DNA from: an uncultured Spirochaetota bacterium | GTDB lineage: Bacteria; Spirochaetota; Brevinematia; Brevinematales; JAOACQ01 | Direction: 5' to 3' | DNA: 64,000 nt | NCBI GenBank assembly: GCA_963806975.1 | Contig: CAWEAK010000022.1 | Span: 513-64,512 of the forward strand | Part shown: piece by piece, positions 41,490-52,239 of the stretch | Layout: each line of letters begins with the position of its first letter | Numbering within the stretch: the first letter of the stretch is position 1 | Translations under genes and position numbers: made by a program | The notes under the pieces: model-generated | Database searches by the model: none | What the model saw: only the letters and a program-made list of their open reading frames with translations | Told to the model about the DNA's origin: nothing

Positions 41490-42275
41490 TCATGGTTTTA
41501 TTTTCTGGTAAATACCGTTGAGCCTGGTTTGATAAATATTTTTTATCGTTTCCTCATCCTCTTTGATGGGCTTACCGGGAATGAGATCAACAACCTCTTC
41601 AAACGAGAGACCGGATTCAAGGTAAGTCTTTAAAGCACCGCATATCATTTTTTTAAAAGCGGAATTAAAATCTTCATGGGTTAATCCGAACTCTTTTGTG
41701 ATCCTGCGGATCTCTTCCCACTGAAACCAGAAATAAGTCGGCCCCATTGCCGTAAGAACCGCGTATGCCTCAAGCTTTTCTTCAGGAACCTCAGGGCAGT
41801 CTCCCAAAACAGTTACTATTTCTGTTATCAGATTTCTATCTTTATCGTTCAAATCAGTTGAAAAAGCCACAGGATTGAATCCGGCATTAATATAACTAGG
41901 CCCATTGGGAATAATACGCATAATACGGCTGAAGCTTCCAAGAAAACCTGAAAGGTCTTTTATTGTATGTTTCGGTGATAGAGAAACAACTATTGAATCC
42001 CGTTTAAGTGCGTTTCCTATTTCCGAAAGCGCCTGACCGATCACAGGCGGGTGAAGCGCTATAAAGACAATATCTTTTGAGGCAGGTATTTTATTATTAC
42101 CTGGATAAGTCTCTGCTTCAGGGTACTTGTCTTTAATTTTCTTCAATACTTCCGGATCATTATCACTGACCGATATTTCAGGGAATTTAATCCCTTTTTT
42201 GTGGAAAGCCTCAAGAAAAATTTTTGTTACCCTTCCACCACCGATAAAACCGATAGATTGATTGAAATAATTCAT
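41490..42275 (-). CDS. Pyrroline-5-carboxylate reductase-like NAD(P)-binding protein
   Basis: IGFIGGGR Rossmann motif, RIIPN, AMGPTY. Confidence 0.8.
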   Translation of the reverse strand: MNYFNQSIGFIGGGRVTKIFLEAFHKKGIKFPEISVSDNDPEVLKKIKDKYPEAETYPGNNKIPASKDIVFIALHPPVIGQALSEIGNALKRDSIVVSLSPKHTIKDLSGFLGSFSRIMRIIPNGPSYINAGFNPVAFSTDLNDKDRNLITEIVTVLGDCPEVPEEKLEAYAVLTAMGPTYFWFQWEEIRRITKEFGLTHEDFNSAFKKMICGALKTYLESGLSFEEVVDLIPGKPIKEDEETIKNIYQTRLNGIYQKIKP

Positions 42276-42296
42276 ATCAAACCCTCCTATGTATGA

Positions 42297-42345
42297 ATAT
42301 ATTACAATATAATCATATTGTAATATATAAAAAGGAAAATGTCAA
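42297..42345 (-). promoter_or_regulatory. ars operon promoter with perfect 14-4-14 operator
   Basis: atatattacaatat-aatc-atattgtaatatat (42297-42328) over TTGACA-N17-TACAAT (42345 to 42317). Confidence 0.8.
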
Positions 42346-42939
42346 TAATTAGAAATGCATTTTTTTAATTGAAATAATTGATAGCGTTTCATTTTTCTAA
42401 AACACATTTAACATCGGCGGATTGTATTATATCATTCTTGTAACGGTCAATTTGTGGAAGCTGCGTTAAAAAAGTCTTAAGGAATGGAAATTTTATAATA
42501 ATATCGTCATTTACCTTATAACAAACAAACTGCGCCTGCTTAATGGAATCGATCAAATCGACATTTTTGAACTTGTTTAGATGACATGAAACATTGGGCT
42601 GGTTGATATTTAAACCTTTTGAACAATATAATAAAATATGCCGGAAAGCGGAAATGTTAATTGGTACAGAAATAAAAAACCTTTCTTCTAAGGTCTCACA
42701 TTTTTTTTCAGAAAGCGAGGGTTGTTCTAATTTACATTTAATGTTCGTGATCAGCGTGTCTGGCTTCCTGAATGTTTATTATCATAGTATGATTGATGAA
42801 GGTAAAATGACCATAGACGAATATAATATTATGATGAAAAGAAACTGTATTGCTCATAAATCACTTTAACCGCTAAAATTAATGATATCTAAACTAAATA
42901 TTAACAATAAAGTTATATTATAATATACAGGAGAAACTT

Positions 42940-43371
42940 ATGGGTGAAGTAAAAGTTTTATTTGTTTGCGCGCACAACTCTGCAAGAAGCCAGATGGCTG
43001 AAGCCTTTTTAAATCATATGGGAAAGGGTTTTCTTGTTGAGAGCGCGGGTATCGAAGCCGGGACTTTGAATCCGATAGCTGTTGAAGTTATGAAGGAAGC
43101 AGGAATTGATATATCAGGAAATAAAACTAAAAGTGTTTTTGAATTTTATAAACAGGGTAAAATTTACAATTATGTAATAACGGTTTGCGACAATAAGACA
43201 GCGGAAAGATGCCCCATCTTTCCAGGAACACTTAAAAATCTTCACTGGAGCTTTGACGATCCGTCTTCCTTCCAGGGAACTCATGAAGAAAAACTAGAAA
43301 AAACAAGAATAATCAGAAACCAGATAAAAGATAAAATTTCAGAGTTTATTGAAGAAACCGGAAAATTATAA
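42940..43371 (+). CDS. arsC: Arsenate reductase, second copy
   Basis: [19 protein letters not shown]...CPIFPG, WSFDDP. Confidence 0.93.
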   Translation: MGEVKVLFVCAHNSARSQMAEAFLNHMGKGFLVESAGIEAGTLNPIAVEVMKEAGIDISGNKTKSVFEFYKQGKIYNYVITVCDNKTAERCPIFPGTLKNLHWSFDDPSSFQGTHEEKLEKTRIIRNQIKDKISEFIEETGKL

Positions 43372-43432
43372 CTAAATAAGGAAAATCATAAACCTTATTT
43401 TACTTTCTAAAATTTAATTTAATAAAAAAAAT

Positions 43433-44821
43433 TTGCCTTTGTCTTCTATTTTTCTTATAATCTTATTGAATATTAAAAAATTGAGGTCTATTATTTTAAA
43501 TATTAATAAAAACAAGATATTTGTATTGGATACGAATGTTGTTCTTTACGATTACCGCGCCATTTATTCTTTTCAGGAACATAATGTTATTATTCCCATT
43601 ACACTGCTGGAAGAGGTTGATAATTTCAAGAGAGGGAATGAGATTATCAACTTTAATGCAAGGGAATTTTCAAGGGAATTGGACTGCTTGATGGGAAACA
43701 GGCTCTTGAATGAAGGAATTACTCTTGAGGACGGTGGAGTCATTATTGTAATGACCAATACCCAGGTCGATCCTTATTTAAAGGAAATATTCTGGGAAGA
43801 TAAACCGGACCACCGTATCCTTTCAGTGGCGTATAAACTGGCAAATGAGTTCGGCAGGGATAGGGTTTTTCTTGTTTCAAAAGACATTAACCTGAGGATG
43901 AAAGCAAAAAGTGTCGGAATCTTTGCCGAGGATTATGAAACTGGAAAGATTAAAAACATCGATGAATTATATACCGGAAAAAATTTAATTGAAAACGTGG
44001 ATAGCAGCAAAATTGATATAATTTATAAGAAGGGTTATATCGAACTGGAAGAAACAAACCTTGAAATTCATCCCTTTCCGAATGAATATTTTATCCTCAG
44101 AAACGGCAACAAAAGCATCCTGACCTGCTATCAAAAAGACAAAAATATATTAAAGCTGGTTGAAAAAAAGAAGGCCTTCGGTATCATTCCGCGCAACGCC
44201 GAACAGGTTTTTTCTCTTGATGCATTAACAAATCACAATATCAGCCTTGTTACTTTATCGGGAAAAGCTGGCACTGGTAAAACATTAATGGCTCTTGCTG
44301 CGGCGCTTGAAAAAGCCAAGGATTATGCTCAGATTCTGCTTGCAAGGCCGATTGTTCCGCTGTCAAATAAAGACATTGGGTATCTTCCCGGCGATATAAA
44401 CAGTAAAATAGACCCTTATATGCAGCCGCTTTATGACAATCTTTCCGTAATCAAGCATCAGTATGACGAGAGCTCTCTTGAATCAAAAAAAATAACAGAA
44501 ATGCTTGGCTCTGAAAAGCTATTAATTATGGCTCTCGCCTTCATAAGGGGAAGGAGCCTCTCAAAGGTCTATTTCATTGTTGACGAAGCTCAAAATCTGA
44601 CTCCCCATGAGGTAAAAACAATCATTACAAGGGCAGGAGAGGGTACAAAAATAGTATTCACAGGCGATCCTTATCAGATCGACACGCCATATCTTGATTC
44701 GAGAAGCAACGGACTGACTTATCTGATCGATAAAATGAAAGGCCAGGATATTTACGCGCATATTACCCTGGAAAAAGGCGAGCGTTCGTACCTTGCTGAA
44801 TTAGCCTCCAATCTTCTTTAA
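43433..44821 (+). CDS. PIN-PhoH family protein (start uncertain)
   Basis: FVLDTNV PIN domain, SKDINLRMKA, GKAGTGKT, RGRS, DEAQN, GDPYQID. Confidence 0.92.
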   Translation: MPLSSIFLIILLNIKKLRSIILNINKNKIFVLDTNVVLYDYRAIYSFQEHNVIIPITLLEEVDNFKRGNEIINFNAREFSRELDCLMGNRLLNEGITLEDGGVIIVMTNTQVDPYLKEIFWEDKPDHRILSVAYKLANEFGRDRVFLVSKDINLRMKAKSVGIFAEDYETGKIKNIDELYTGKNLIENVDSSKIDIIYKKGYIELEETNLEIHPFPNEYFILRNGNKSILTCYQKDKNILKLVEKKKAFGIIPRNAEQVFSLDALTNHNISLVTLSGKAGTGKTLMALAAALEKAKDYAQILLARPIVPLSNKDIGYLPGDINSKIDPYMQPLYDNLSVIKHQYDESSLESKKITEMLGSEKLLIMALAFIRGRSLSKVYFIVDEAQNLTPHEVKTIITRAGEGTKIVFTGDPYQIDTPYLDSRSNGLTYLIDKMKGQDIYAHITLEKGERSYLAELASNLL

Positions 44822-44918
44822 TAAGCATTCTGCTTAACCCCAATAAAACACTTCGCCAGTCTCAGGAAAATGCTTTTCACAATCAATAAGTTTTATAATC
44901 CCTGCTTCAAGCCGATTG

Positions 44919-45908
44919 TTACTTTTTGAGCCATGGCATAAGTGCCCGCAGCCTTTCACCTGTTTTTTCAAGCTCAAGCTCAGCCCAGATTTTCCTTTGG
45001 GCATTAAAAGAGGGTTTATTTACCTGGTTTTCAAGCATCCAGTTTTTAGCAAATTCCCCTGTTTGAATCCGCTTCAAAACATCTTTCATCCTTGATTTCA
45101 CACTATCATCGATCACATAAGAGCCAGAGGCGTAATCTCCGTATTCTGCAGTGTTGGAAATAGCCTGCCTCATCCCTGAAAAACCTCTTTCGTAAATAAG
45201 GTCTACAATAAGCTTCAGTTCGTGGATGCACTCAAAATATGCCATTTCGGGGGGATATCCGGCTTCAACAAGTGTTTCAAAGCCAGCCTTCATCAAATTT
45301 GACGCTCCGCCGCAGAGTACTGCCTGCTCACCGAAAAGATCGGTTTCGGTCTCATCCTTAAAAGTGGTTTCAAGTATCGCCGCTCTAGAGCCTCCGATAG
45401 CGCCGGCGTAGGCCAGGGCAATTGGAAGAGCGTTTCCCGTAGCGTCCTGGTGTACAGCCACGAGGCATGGAACACCGGCGCCCCTTTCGAATTCCCTGCG
45501 AACCATAGGCCCGACACCCTTCGGGGCAACCATCGCTATATCAATACCGGGTTTGGGAATTATCTGTCCGAAATGGATATTAAATCCATGGGAAAACATA
45601 AGCATTTTACCGGGATTCAGGAATTTTTCAATTGAATTTCGATAAACTTCACCCTGAATCTCGTCTGGAATGAGCATCATAACAATATCAGCCCATTCAG
45701 TAGCTTCTTCTATTTGCTGAGCCTTCAATCCGGCTTCTTCTACTTTTAGGTATGACGGGCTGTCTTTTCGTAATCCGACGGCTACATTCATTCCAGAATC
45801 CCTGAGATTCATCGCCTGTGCCTGCCCCTGTGCGCCGAAACCTATGACTGCGATTTTTTTCAGCTTTAAAAGTTCTGTTTTTACATCCGATATATTAAAA
45901 ATCTTCAT
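44919..45908 (-). CDS. ilvC: Ketol-acid reductoisomerase
   Basis: GFGAQG, SHGFNIH, ETETDLFGEQAVLCGG, SNTAEYG. Confidence 0.97.
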   Translation of the reverse strand: MKIFNISDVKTELLKLKKIAVIGFGAQGQAQAMNLRDSGMNVAVGLRKDSPSYLKVEEAGLKAQQIEEATEWADIVMMLIPDEIQGEVYRNSIEKFLNPGKMLMFSHGFNIHFGQIIPKPGIDIAMVAPKGVGPMVRREFERGAGVPCLVAVHQDATGNALPIALAYAGAIGGSRAAILETTFKDETETDLFGEQAVLCGGASNLMKAGFETLVEAGYPPEMAYFECIHELKLIVDLIYERGFSGMRQAISNTAEYGDYASGSYVIDDSVKSRMKDVLKRIQTGEFAKNWMLENQVNKPSFNAQRKIWAELELEKTGERLRALMPWLKK

Positions 45909-45909
45909 T

Positions 45910-46383
45910 TCAGCCTCTTAGAAGCGCGACCTTGCCGGTTCTTGCCATTTCTTTTACTCCGTATGACTTAAGCATACCGACAACAGCATCAATTTTGTTT
46001 GTATCTCCCGTTATTTCAATTGCTATTGCCTCATGAGAGATATCGACTATTCTGCCTTTAAAAACATCCGCAATCTCAATAATTTCCCTTCTTTTTACTG
46101 CGTCAGCTGTAACTTTAATAAGGGCAAGTTCCCGCGAGATATGCTCCTGCTCGGTTAAATCCTTCACTTTTATAACATCTATCAGTTTATTAAGCTGTTT
46201 CTTTACCTGATCGACAATCCTGTCATCTCCATCAACTACAATTGTCATGATAGACACCGTCGGGTCTTCGGTTTCTGCAACGGCAAGGCTTGAAATATTA
46301 AAACCTCTTGCCGAAAACAGTCCTGCAACCCTGGCCAGAACACCGAAATGGTTTTCAACAAGTACCGATAATGTATATTTCAT
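45910..46383 (-). CDS. ilvN: Acetolactate synthase small subunit
   Basis: LSVLVENHFGVLARVAGLFSARGFNI, ARTG. Confidence 0.96.
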   Translation of the reverse strand: MKYTLSVLVENHFGVLARVAGLFSARGFNISSLAVAETEDPTVSIMTIVVDGDDRIVDQVKKQLNKLIDVIKVKDLTEQEHISRELALIKVTADAVKRREIIEIADVFKGRIVDISHEAIAIEITGDTNKIDAVVGMLKSYGVKEMARTGKVALLRG

Positions 46384-46407
46384 AATATTTACTCCTATTA
46401 GATTTTT

Positions 46408-48115
46408 TCAGGCCAATCCACCAATCATCTGTGTGAGGTTTGCTCCGGGCGGCACCATCGGAAAAACATTTTCCTCTTTGCTAATTATTACATCAAGGAT
46501 TGCCGGGCCGTCATACTCAATCATCTCTTTTAAAGATTTTTCCACATCAGAAGGCTTATCAATTTTTCTGCCCCAGCATCCATAAGCCTCGGCAATTTTT
46601 ACAAAATCGGGATAATACTTCCCATTTGACTTATTTCTGATGTGTTTTTCAAGAAGAACAGCTGAATACCGCTTATTAAACAACAATTCCTGCCACTGTC
46701 TCACCATTCCAAGATAAGCATTGTCCATAATAACTACTTTAATATTAATATCATTGCTGATAGCCGTGGCAAACTCCTGAATATTCATCTGAATTGATCC
46801 GTCGCCGGCTATATCAAAGACAAGCTCATTCTTTTTTGCAACTTTCGCACCGATTGCAGCAGGAAGACCATAGCCCATTGTACCAAGCCCTCCCGATGTC
46901 AGAAACTTTCGCGGACCTTTAAAACTATAATATTGGGCTACCCACATCTGATGCTGTCCGACTTCTGTGGTAATAATAGCTTCACCCTTTGTCAATTCGC
47001 ATATTTTTTCAATCACAAACTGAGGTTTTATTTCAGTATCGCTTTTTTGATAAGAAAGCGGGTATAATTTTTTCCATTCTTTGATCTGATCAAGCCAGGG
47101 ATCGATCGATACATGTTTTGCTTCTTTCAAAATTTCTTTTAAAACATCCTTAACATCCCCAACAATAGGCACATCAACAACAACAGTCTTGCTAATGGAA
47201 GTCGGGTCGATATCAATGTGAATTATTCTTGCATTATGGGCAAATTCATCTATTTTACCCGTCACTCTATCATCAAACCTTGCCCCGATTGCTATTATCA
47301 AATCCGAATGATGGATCGCATAATTAGCAAAAACAGTTCCATGCATACCAAGCATGCCCAGGTAAATCGGATTATTCAGATCAGCCGGATATGCACCAAG
47401 ACCCATCAAAGTTGATGTGCATGGGATACCCGTTATATTAATCAGGTCTGTTAGTTCTTCTGAGGCATTGCTTAATATTACACCGCCTCCGAAATAAATA
47501 ACAGGCTTCTTGGATTCTTCAATTAATTTAAGCGCCTTTTTGATCTGACCCTGATGCACCTTCACTTTCGGTTTATAACTTCGCATTTCAACACTTTCAG
47601 GGAAAATAAATTCCGCCTTTCCGACCTGTACATCCTTCGGTAAATCAATTAATACAGGGCCCGGCCTTCCAGTGCTCGCTATGTAAAAAGCCTCCCTTAC
47701 AATCCTTGCAATGTCTTTTGTTTCTTTAATCAGATAATTATGCTTGGTAATAGGACGGGTAATTCCGGTGATGTCCGCCTCCTGAAAGGCGTCGCTGCCT
47801 ATCATGGAAGTCGGAACCTGCCCTGTAATTGCCACCATTGGAATAGAATCCATGTAAGCAGTCGCAATTCCTGTAACAAGGTTGGTTGCTCCGGGCCCGC
47901 TTGTCGCAAGGCAGACTCCGACCCTGCCCGTCGCCCTGGAATAACCGTCGGCGGACATGCGCAGCTCCCTGCTCATGCCTGACATGGATGATATTTAACT
48001 CCTTTTCATCATAGAGTTCATCAAATAAAGGAATTACCTGCCCGCCGGGATATCCGAAGATTGTATCAACCCCTTCCCTTTTTAAACTCTCAATTAAAAT
48101 ACGGGAACCATTCAT
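46408..48115 (-). CDS. ilvB: Acetolactate synthase large subunit (frameshift near 47965)
   Basis: [36 protein letters not shown]. Confidence 0.96.
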
Positions 48116-48238
48116 CAGCACAAAGCACCTCCTCATCTATACTGAATCTTATAGTATTATCTATCAGTTAAGAAGTTTTGTCAAACGAAATAGTAATCGG
48201 TTAGTTATGATATTTTTTCCTCTATTATTTCAACTAAT

Positions 48239-48287
48239 ACCTGGATCAAGCAGCTTATCCCGACTCTAACAAAGGGGCACGCTTGTT
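48239..48287 (+). repeat. Dispersed repeat copy
   Basis: cctggatcaagcagcttatcccg...aaggggcacgcttgtt. Confidence 0.85.
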
Positions 48288-48349
48288 AGACTTTATTTTA
48301 TACTCTTATTATAATATATAAAATAATTTAGTTTTTTGAAGGAATCTAA

Positions 48350-50500
48350 ATGAGCCGTATAATTTTGAAAGACGGTTTAAATACAAATCCGGGAAGTCCG
48401 TATTTACTGGGAGCGACACTTTCTTCCGAAGGTTGTAATTTTGCAATTTTTTCAAGAAACGCAGTTTCAGTTAATCTTTTACTTTTTAATGATTATAAAG
48501 ATTCAAAGCCCTCTCATACAATTGAATTTGATAGGAAAATCAATAAAACAGGAGATATCTGGCATATCTTTGTCTACGGTATAAAAAACGGGCAGTATTA
48601 CGGTTATACAGTTGACGGCCCATATACTCCTGAAAAAGAGGGACATAGATTCAATAAAAACAAACTCCTTCTCGATCCATATACAAAAGCGGTAAGCGGG
48701 AGCTATCACTGGAACACTGCCGCCGCATATGGGTATGATCCTTCTTCTCCCGAAGGGATCTTTCTTTCAGCGGGAAAAAGAATTTTGATACCGTGGTAAA
48801 AAGTATTGTTGTTGATGGTTCAGGTTTTGATTGGGATGGCGATAAGCCGCTAAATATTCCAATGTATGAGACCATTATCTATGAAATGCATATCAGGGCT
48901 TTTACTTTTGATAAAAATTCCGGAGTGAAAAACCCCGGAACATACCTGGGTGTCATTGAAAAAATACCTTATTTGAAAGAACTCGGGATAACTACAGTTG
49001 AGTTTCTTCCGGTACAGGAATTCAATGAACTTGAAAATATCAGGAGAAACCCATTAACCAGGGAAAAGCTCAAAAATTTCTGGGGATATTCCCCTCTTGC
49101 TTTTTTTGCACCTGATTCCTGGTATACAGTAAATCACAATGGTTTTCAAGCGGTAAGCGAATTTAAGGAAATGGTTAAGGCTCTTCATAGCTCCGGTATT
49201 GAGATAATAATAGATGTCGTCTATAACCATACCGGTGAAGGGAATGAATACGGCCCAACATTAAGTTTCCGTGGACTTGACAATTCAATATATTATATGC
49301 TTGAAAATGGAAGTAAATATAAAAATTATTCGGGCTGCGGCAACACATTAAACTGCAATCATCCTGTTGTCAAGCATTTGATTATGGATAGCCTGAGATA
49401 CTGGGTGATAGATATGCATGTGGACGGCTTCCGTTTCGACCTTGCCGCAATACTCGGCAGGGATGAGGCCGGCAATTGGGTACCAAGTTATTCTGTTCTT
49501 GCTGAAATTGCCCTCGACCCGATTCTTTCAAATACGAAAATTATCGCGGAGGGCTGGGATGCGGCCGGGCTCTTTAAGGTTGGAGGTTTTCCACCGGGAT
49601 GGGCCGAATGGAATGCTCATTTCAGGGATGATGTCCGGTCTTTTATTAAAGGTGATGATAACAAAGCGAAAGCCATCGCAAACCGCATTATGGGCAGCCC
49701 TGATTTATTCTGCAGCGGAAAACGCAGCCCTTACCATGGAATAAATTTTATTACTGCTCATGACGGTTTTACTTTAAACGATCTTGTAAGTTATAATGAA
49801 AAACATAATGGGGAAAATGGGGAAAACAATAGAGACGGCCTCAATTATAATTTCAGCTGGAATTGCGGCAGCGAAGGTCCTGTAAAAGACAGCGCTATTC
49901 TTGAATTAAGAAACAGGCAGATGAGAAACCTGTTTGCAGTTTTAATGCTCAGTCAGGGAACTCCTATGATACTTAGCGGCGACGAGTTCAAATTCTCAAA
50001 AAAGGGCAACAACAATACTTATTGCCAGGATAACTCATTAAACTGGCTTGACTGGAAACTTCGTAAAGAAAATAAGGATTTTTTTGAATTCTGCCGTTTT
50101 TTTATAAATTTCAGAAAAAAGCATCCCTCTCTCAGGAGGAAAATATTTTTTAATGAGAAAGATAATTTACATAGTCAATCTCCGGAAATTTCCTGGCATG
50201 GCAGCGAACCCGGAAAGCCCGACTGGAATTATAATTCTCATACTTCAGCATTCCTTTTGGACGGGTCGGGGATTAAAACAGGCTCCGATTTCGACGACTG
50301 TTTTATATTCACAGTAATTAACACTTACTGGGAAGATTCTCGAATTCACGATTCCATCTGTTGAAAATATAAAATTTTGGAAATTATTAGTGGATACATC
50401 TAAGAATCCGGGTTTTTATCAGGAGGGGAAAGAACAAAAAATAACTTCGAAAAGCATCTGTGTTAAATCGAGGAGCCTTGTTGTATTGTCTGCTGAATAA
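48350..50500 (+). CDS. glgX: Glycogen debranching enzyme / isoamylase (frameshifts near 48760 and 50340)
   Basis: LLLDPY, IYEMH, NFWGY, DVVYNHT, DGFRFDLA, IAEGWD, FITAHDGFTL, NNNTYCQD. Confidence 0.95.
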
Positions 50501-50580
50501 AAAAAGCGAGGATGCAATATCCTCGCTTCACCCACAAAGTGGGTTGCAGAATTGGGAGGGGAATCTAATTCTGCATAAAT
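50499..50580 (-). ncRNA. Candidate ~80-nt sRNA: three hairpins ending in an intrinsic terminator
   Basis: Stems 50545-50575, 50530-50544 and 50504-50528 with U-tract on minus strand only; C-rich loop complementary to nrdD RBS. Confidence 0.5.
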
Positions 50581-50657
50581 CAATAGGATTATCGGATAAA
50601 GCTTGATGTTATTAAAGATTTTTTGCAAATTATTTTAAAAATTAGCGGCGGGAGCAT

Positions 50658-51290
50658 ATGTTTATGAATAAATTTAATATTGATATAAAAAGTATTAAAT
50701 TTGATGAAAAAGGCCTAGTACCTGTTGTTATCCAGGATGAATTGACTGAAAAAGTCCTTTTTTTATCATATATGGACATGAAAACTGTTGAGAAAACTAT
50801 AGAATCAGGTATGGCTTATTTTTATACCGATTATAAAAAAGAAGAACATGGTTTAGAAAATTATACTAAACAGGAAATTGTAAATATCGCAAAAGAAAGA
50901 GATGGAAGCTCTCTTCTCATTAAAATTATTCCTGATAATAAGATCAGTCTGGATAATTACTCATTTGTAAATAACTCTATTAAAGGCAATGAAAAGCAAA
51001 ACAGGAATAAAGCATCAATCCTTCAGGAAATATATGATGTAATAATGGAAAGGAAGAGAAATAATCCTGAAGATTCTTATGTGGCAAAAAAAATGAGAGA
51101 GGGAATAGACAGGATATTAAAAAAGATCGGCGAAGAAGCGGGAGAGGTTATTATAGCGGCGAAGAACGGTAATGCCGAGGAAATAGGCTGGGAAATGGCG
51201 GATTTAATTTTCCATTTATGGATGGTCTTAGGTTATTACAACCTGACGCCCGATATAATATATGATAAACTTATAGAAAGACGAAAGTAA
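50658..51290 (+). CDS. hisIE: HisIE-like protein (intact HisE, degenerate HisI)
   Basis: FDEKGLVPVVIQD start; ILKKIGEEAGE and EMADLIFHL HisE motifs. Confidence 0.85.
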   Translation: MFMNKFNIDIKSIKFDEKGLVPVVIQDELTEKVLFLSYMDMKTVEKTIESGMAYFYTDYKKEEHGLENYTKQEIVNIAKERDGSSLLIKIIPDNKISLDNYSFVNNSIKGNEKQNRNKASILQEIYDVIMERKRNNPEDSYVAKKMREGIDRILKKIGEEAGEVIIAAKNGNAEEIGWEMADLIFHLWMVLGYYNLTPDIIYDKLIERRK

Positions 51291-51303
51291 TAAGGAGTAT
51301 CCT

Positions 51304-52036
51304 ATGAGGAGATTTTTTATACCATCTAATAATGTTAACGAAAAGTTCGCGGTAATCACGGGAAGCGACGTGCATCATATTTCCGACGTTCTCCGGAAGC
51401 AGGCGGGTGATATCATACTCGCGACCGATGGGATGGGAAACCATATAACGGCAAAAATCACTCAAATCCAGCAATATCAGATTAATCTTGAAATCGTGGA
51501 ATTAACCCCTTACGAGGAGAGAAAAATCTTCATTAAACTTTATCAGGCTATTCCAAAGGGAGGAAAATTAGACTGGATTATAGAAAAAGCCTGTGAATTT
51601 GGTGTGAATGAGATTGTCCCTGTAATCACAGAAAGAACCATACCTAAATATAACGAAGAAAGAGGACTGAAAAAGATTGCCCGGTGGGAGAGGGATTTCC
51701 ATTGAGACCATGAAGCAGGTCGGGAGAAACCTGCCTCTCTCCATCCATAGCACAATATCTTTTAAAGATATTCAGAAAAACTTAAAGCCCTTTTCTTTTA
51801 AAATAATACTCTGGGAACTTGAGGAAGAACTGTCCCTGAAAAAGCTTCTTCAGAATCACACGGATACTAAAGAAATAGAATTGATTATCGGGCCGGAAGG
51901 CGGGCTTTCAATAGAAGAAGTCGAGGAATTAAAAAACTTCGGCTTTGTTTCAGCCAGTCTCGGCAAAAGAATACTTAAGACAGAAACAGCATCCCTCGCC
52001 GCTCTTGCCAATATTTATTTTGAACTGGACAATTAA
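51304..52036 (+). CDS. rsmE: 16S rRNA m3U1498 methyltransferase (frameshift near 51695)
   Basis: HISDVLR, EKACEFG, IGPEGGL, SLGKRILKTETA. Confidence 0.93.
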
Positions 52037-52239
52037 CATCATAGTCGCAATCTAAATTATATTAATAAAGAACTCCGCATTATAAAAAGCAAACATTTAA
52101 ATGCTCATTGACACTCATTTAGACTTCAAGGTGTAAGATGGGCGGCTCAACAAAACCTCATCAAGACTGCGTGCAGTGCAAAAGCCAATACATTAAAATG
52201 AGCATAACAAATGTTCTTTAACATCAGACGGTAAGTCTA

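Noticed and set aside
42361..42869. 91-aa ORF and upstream coding-like sequence
   Set aside because: No RBS or recognisable motif; perhaps a decayed gene but not supportable.
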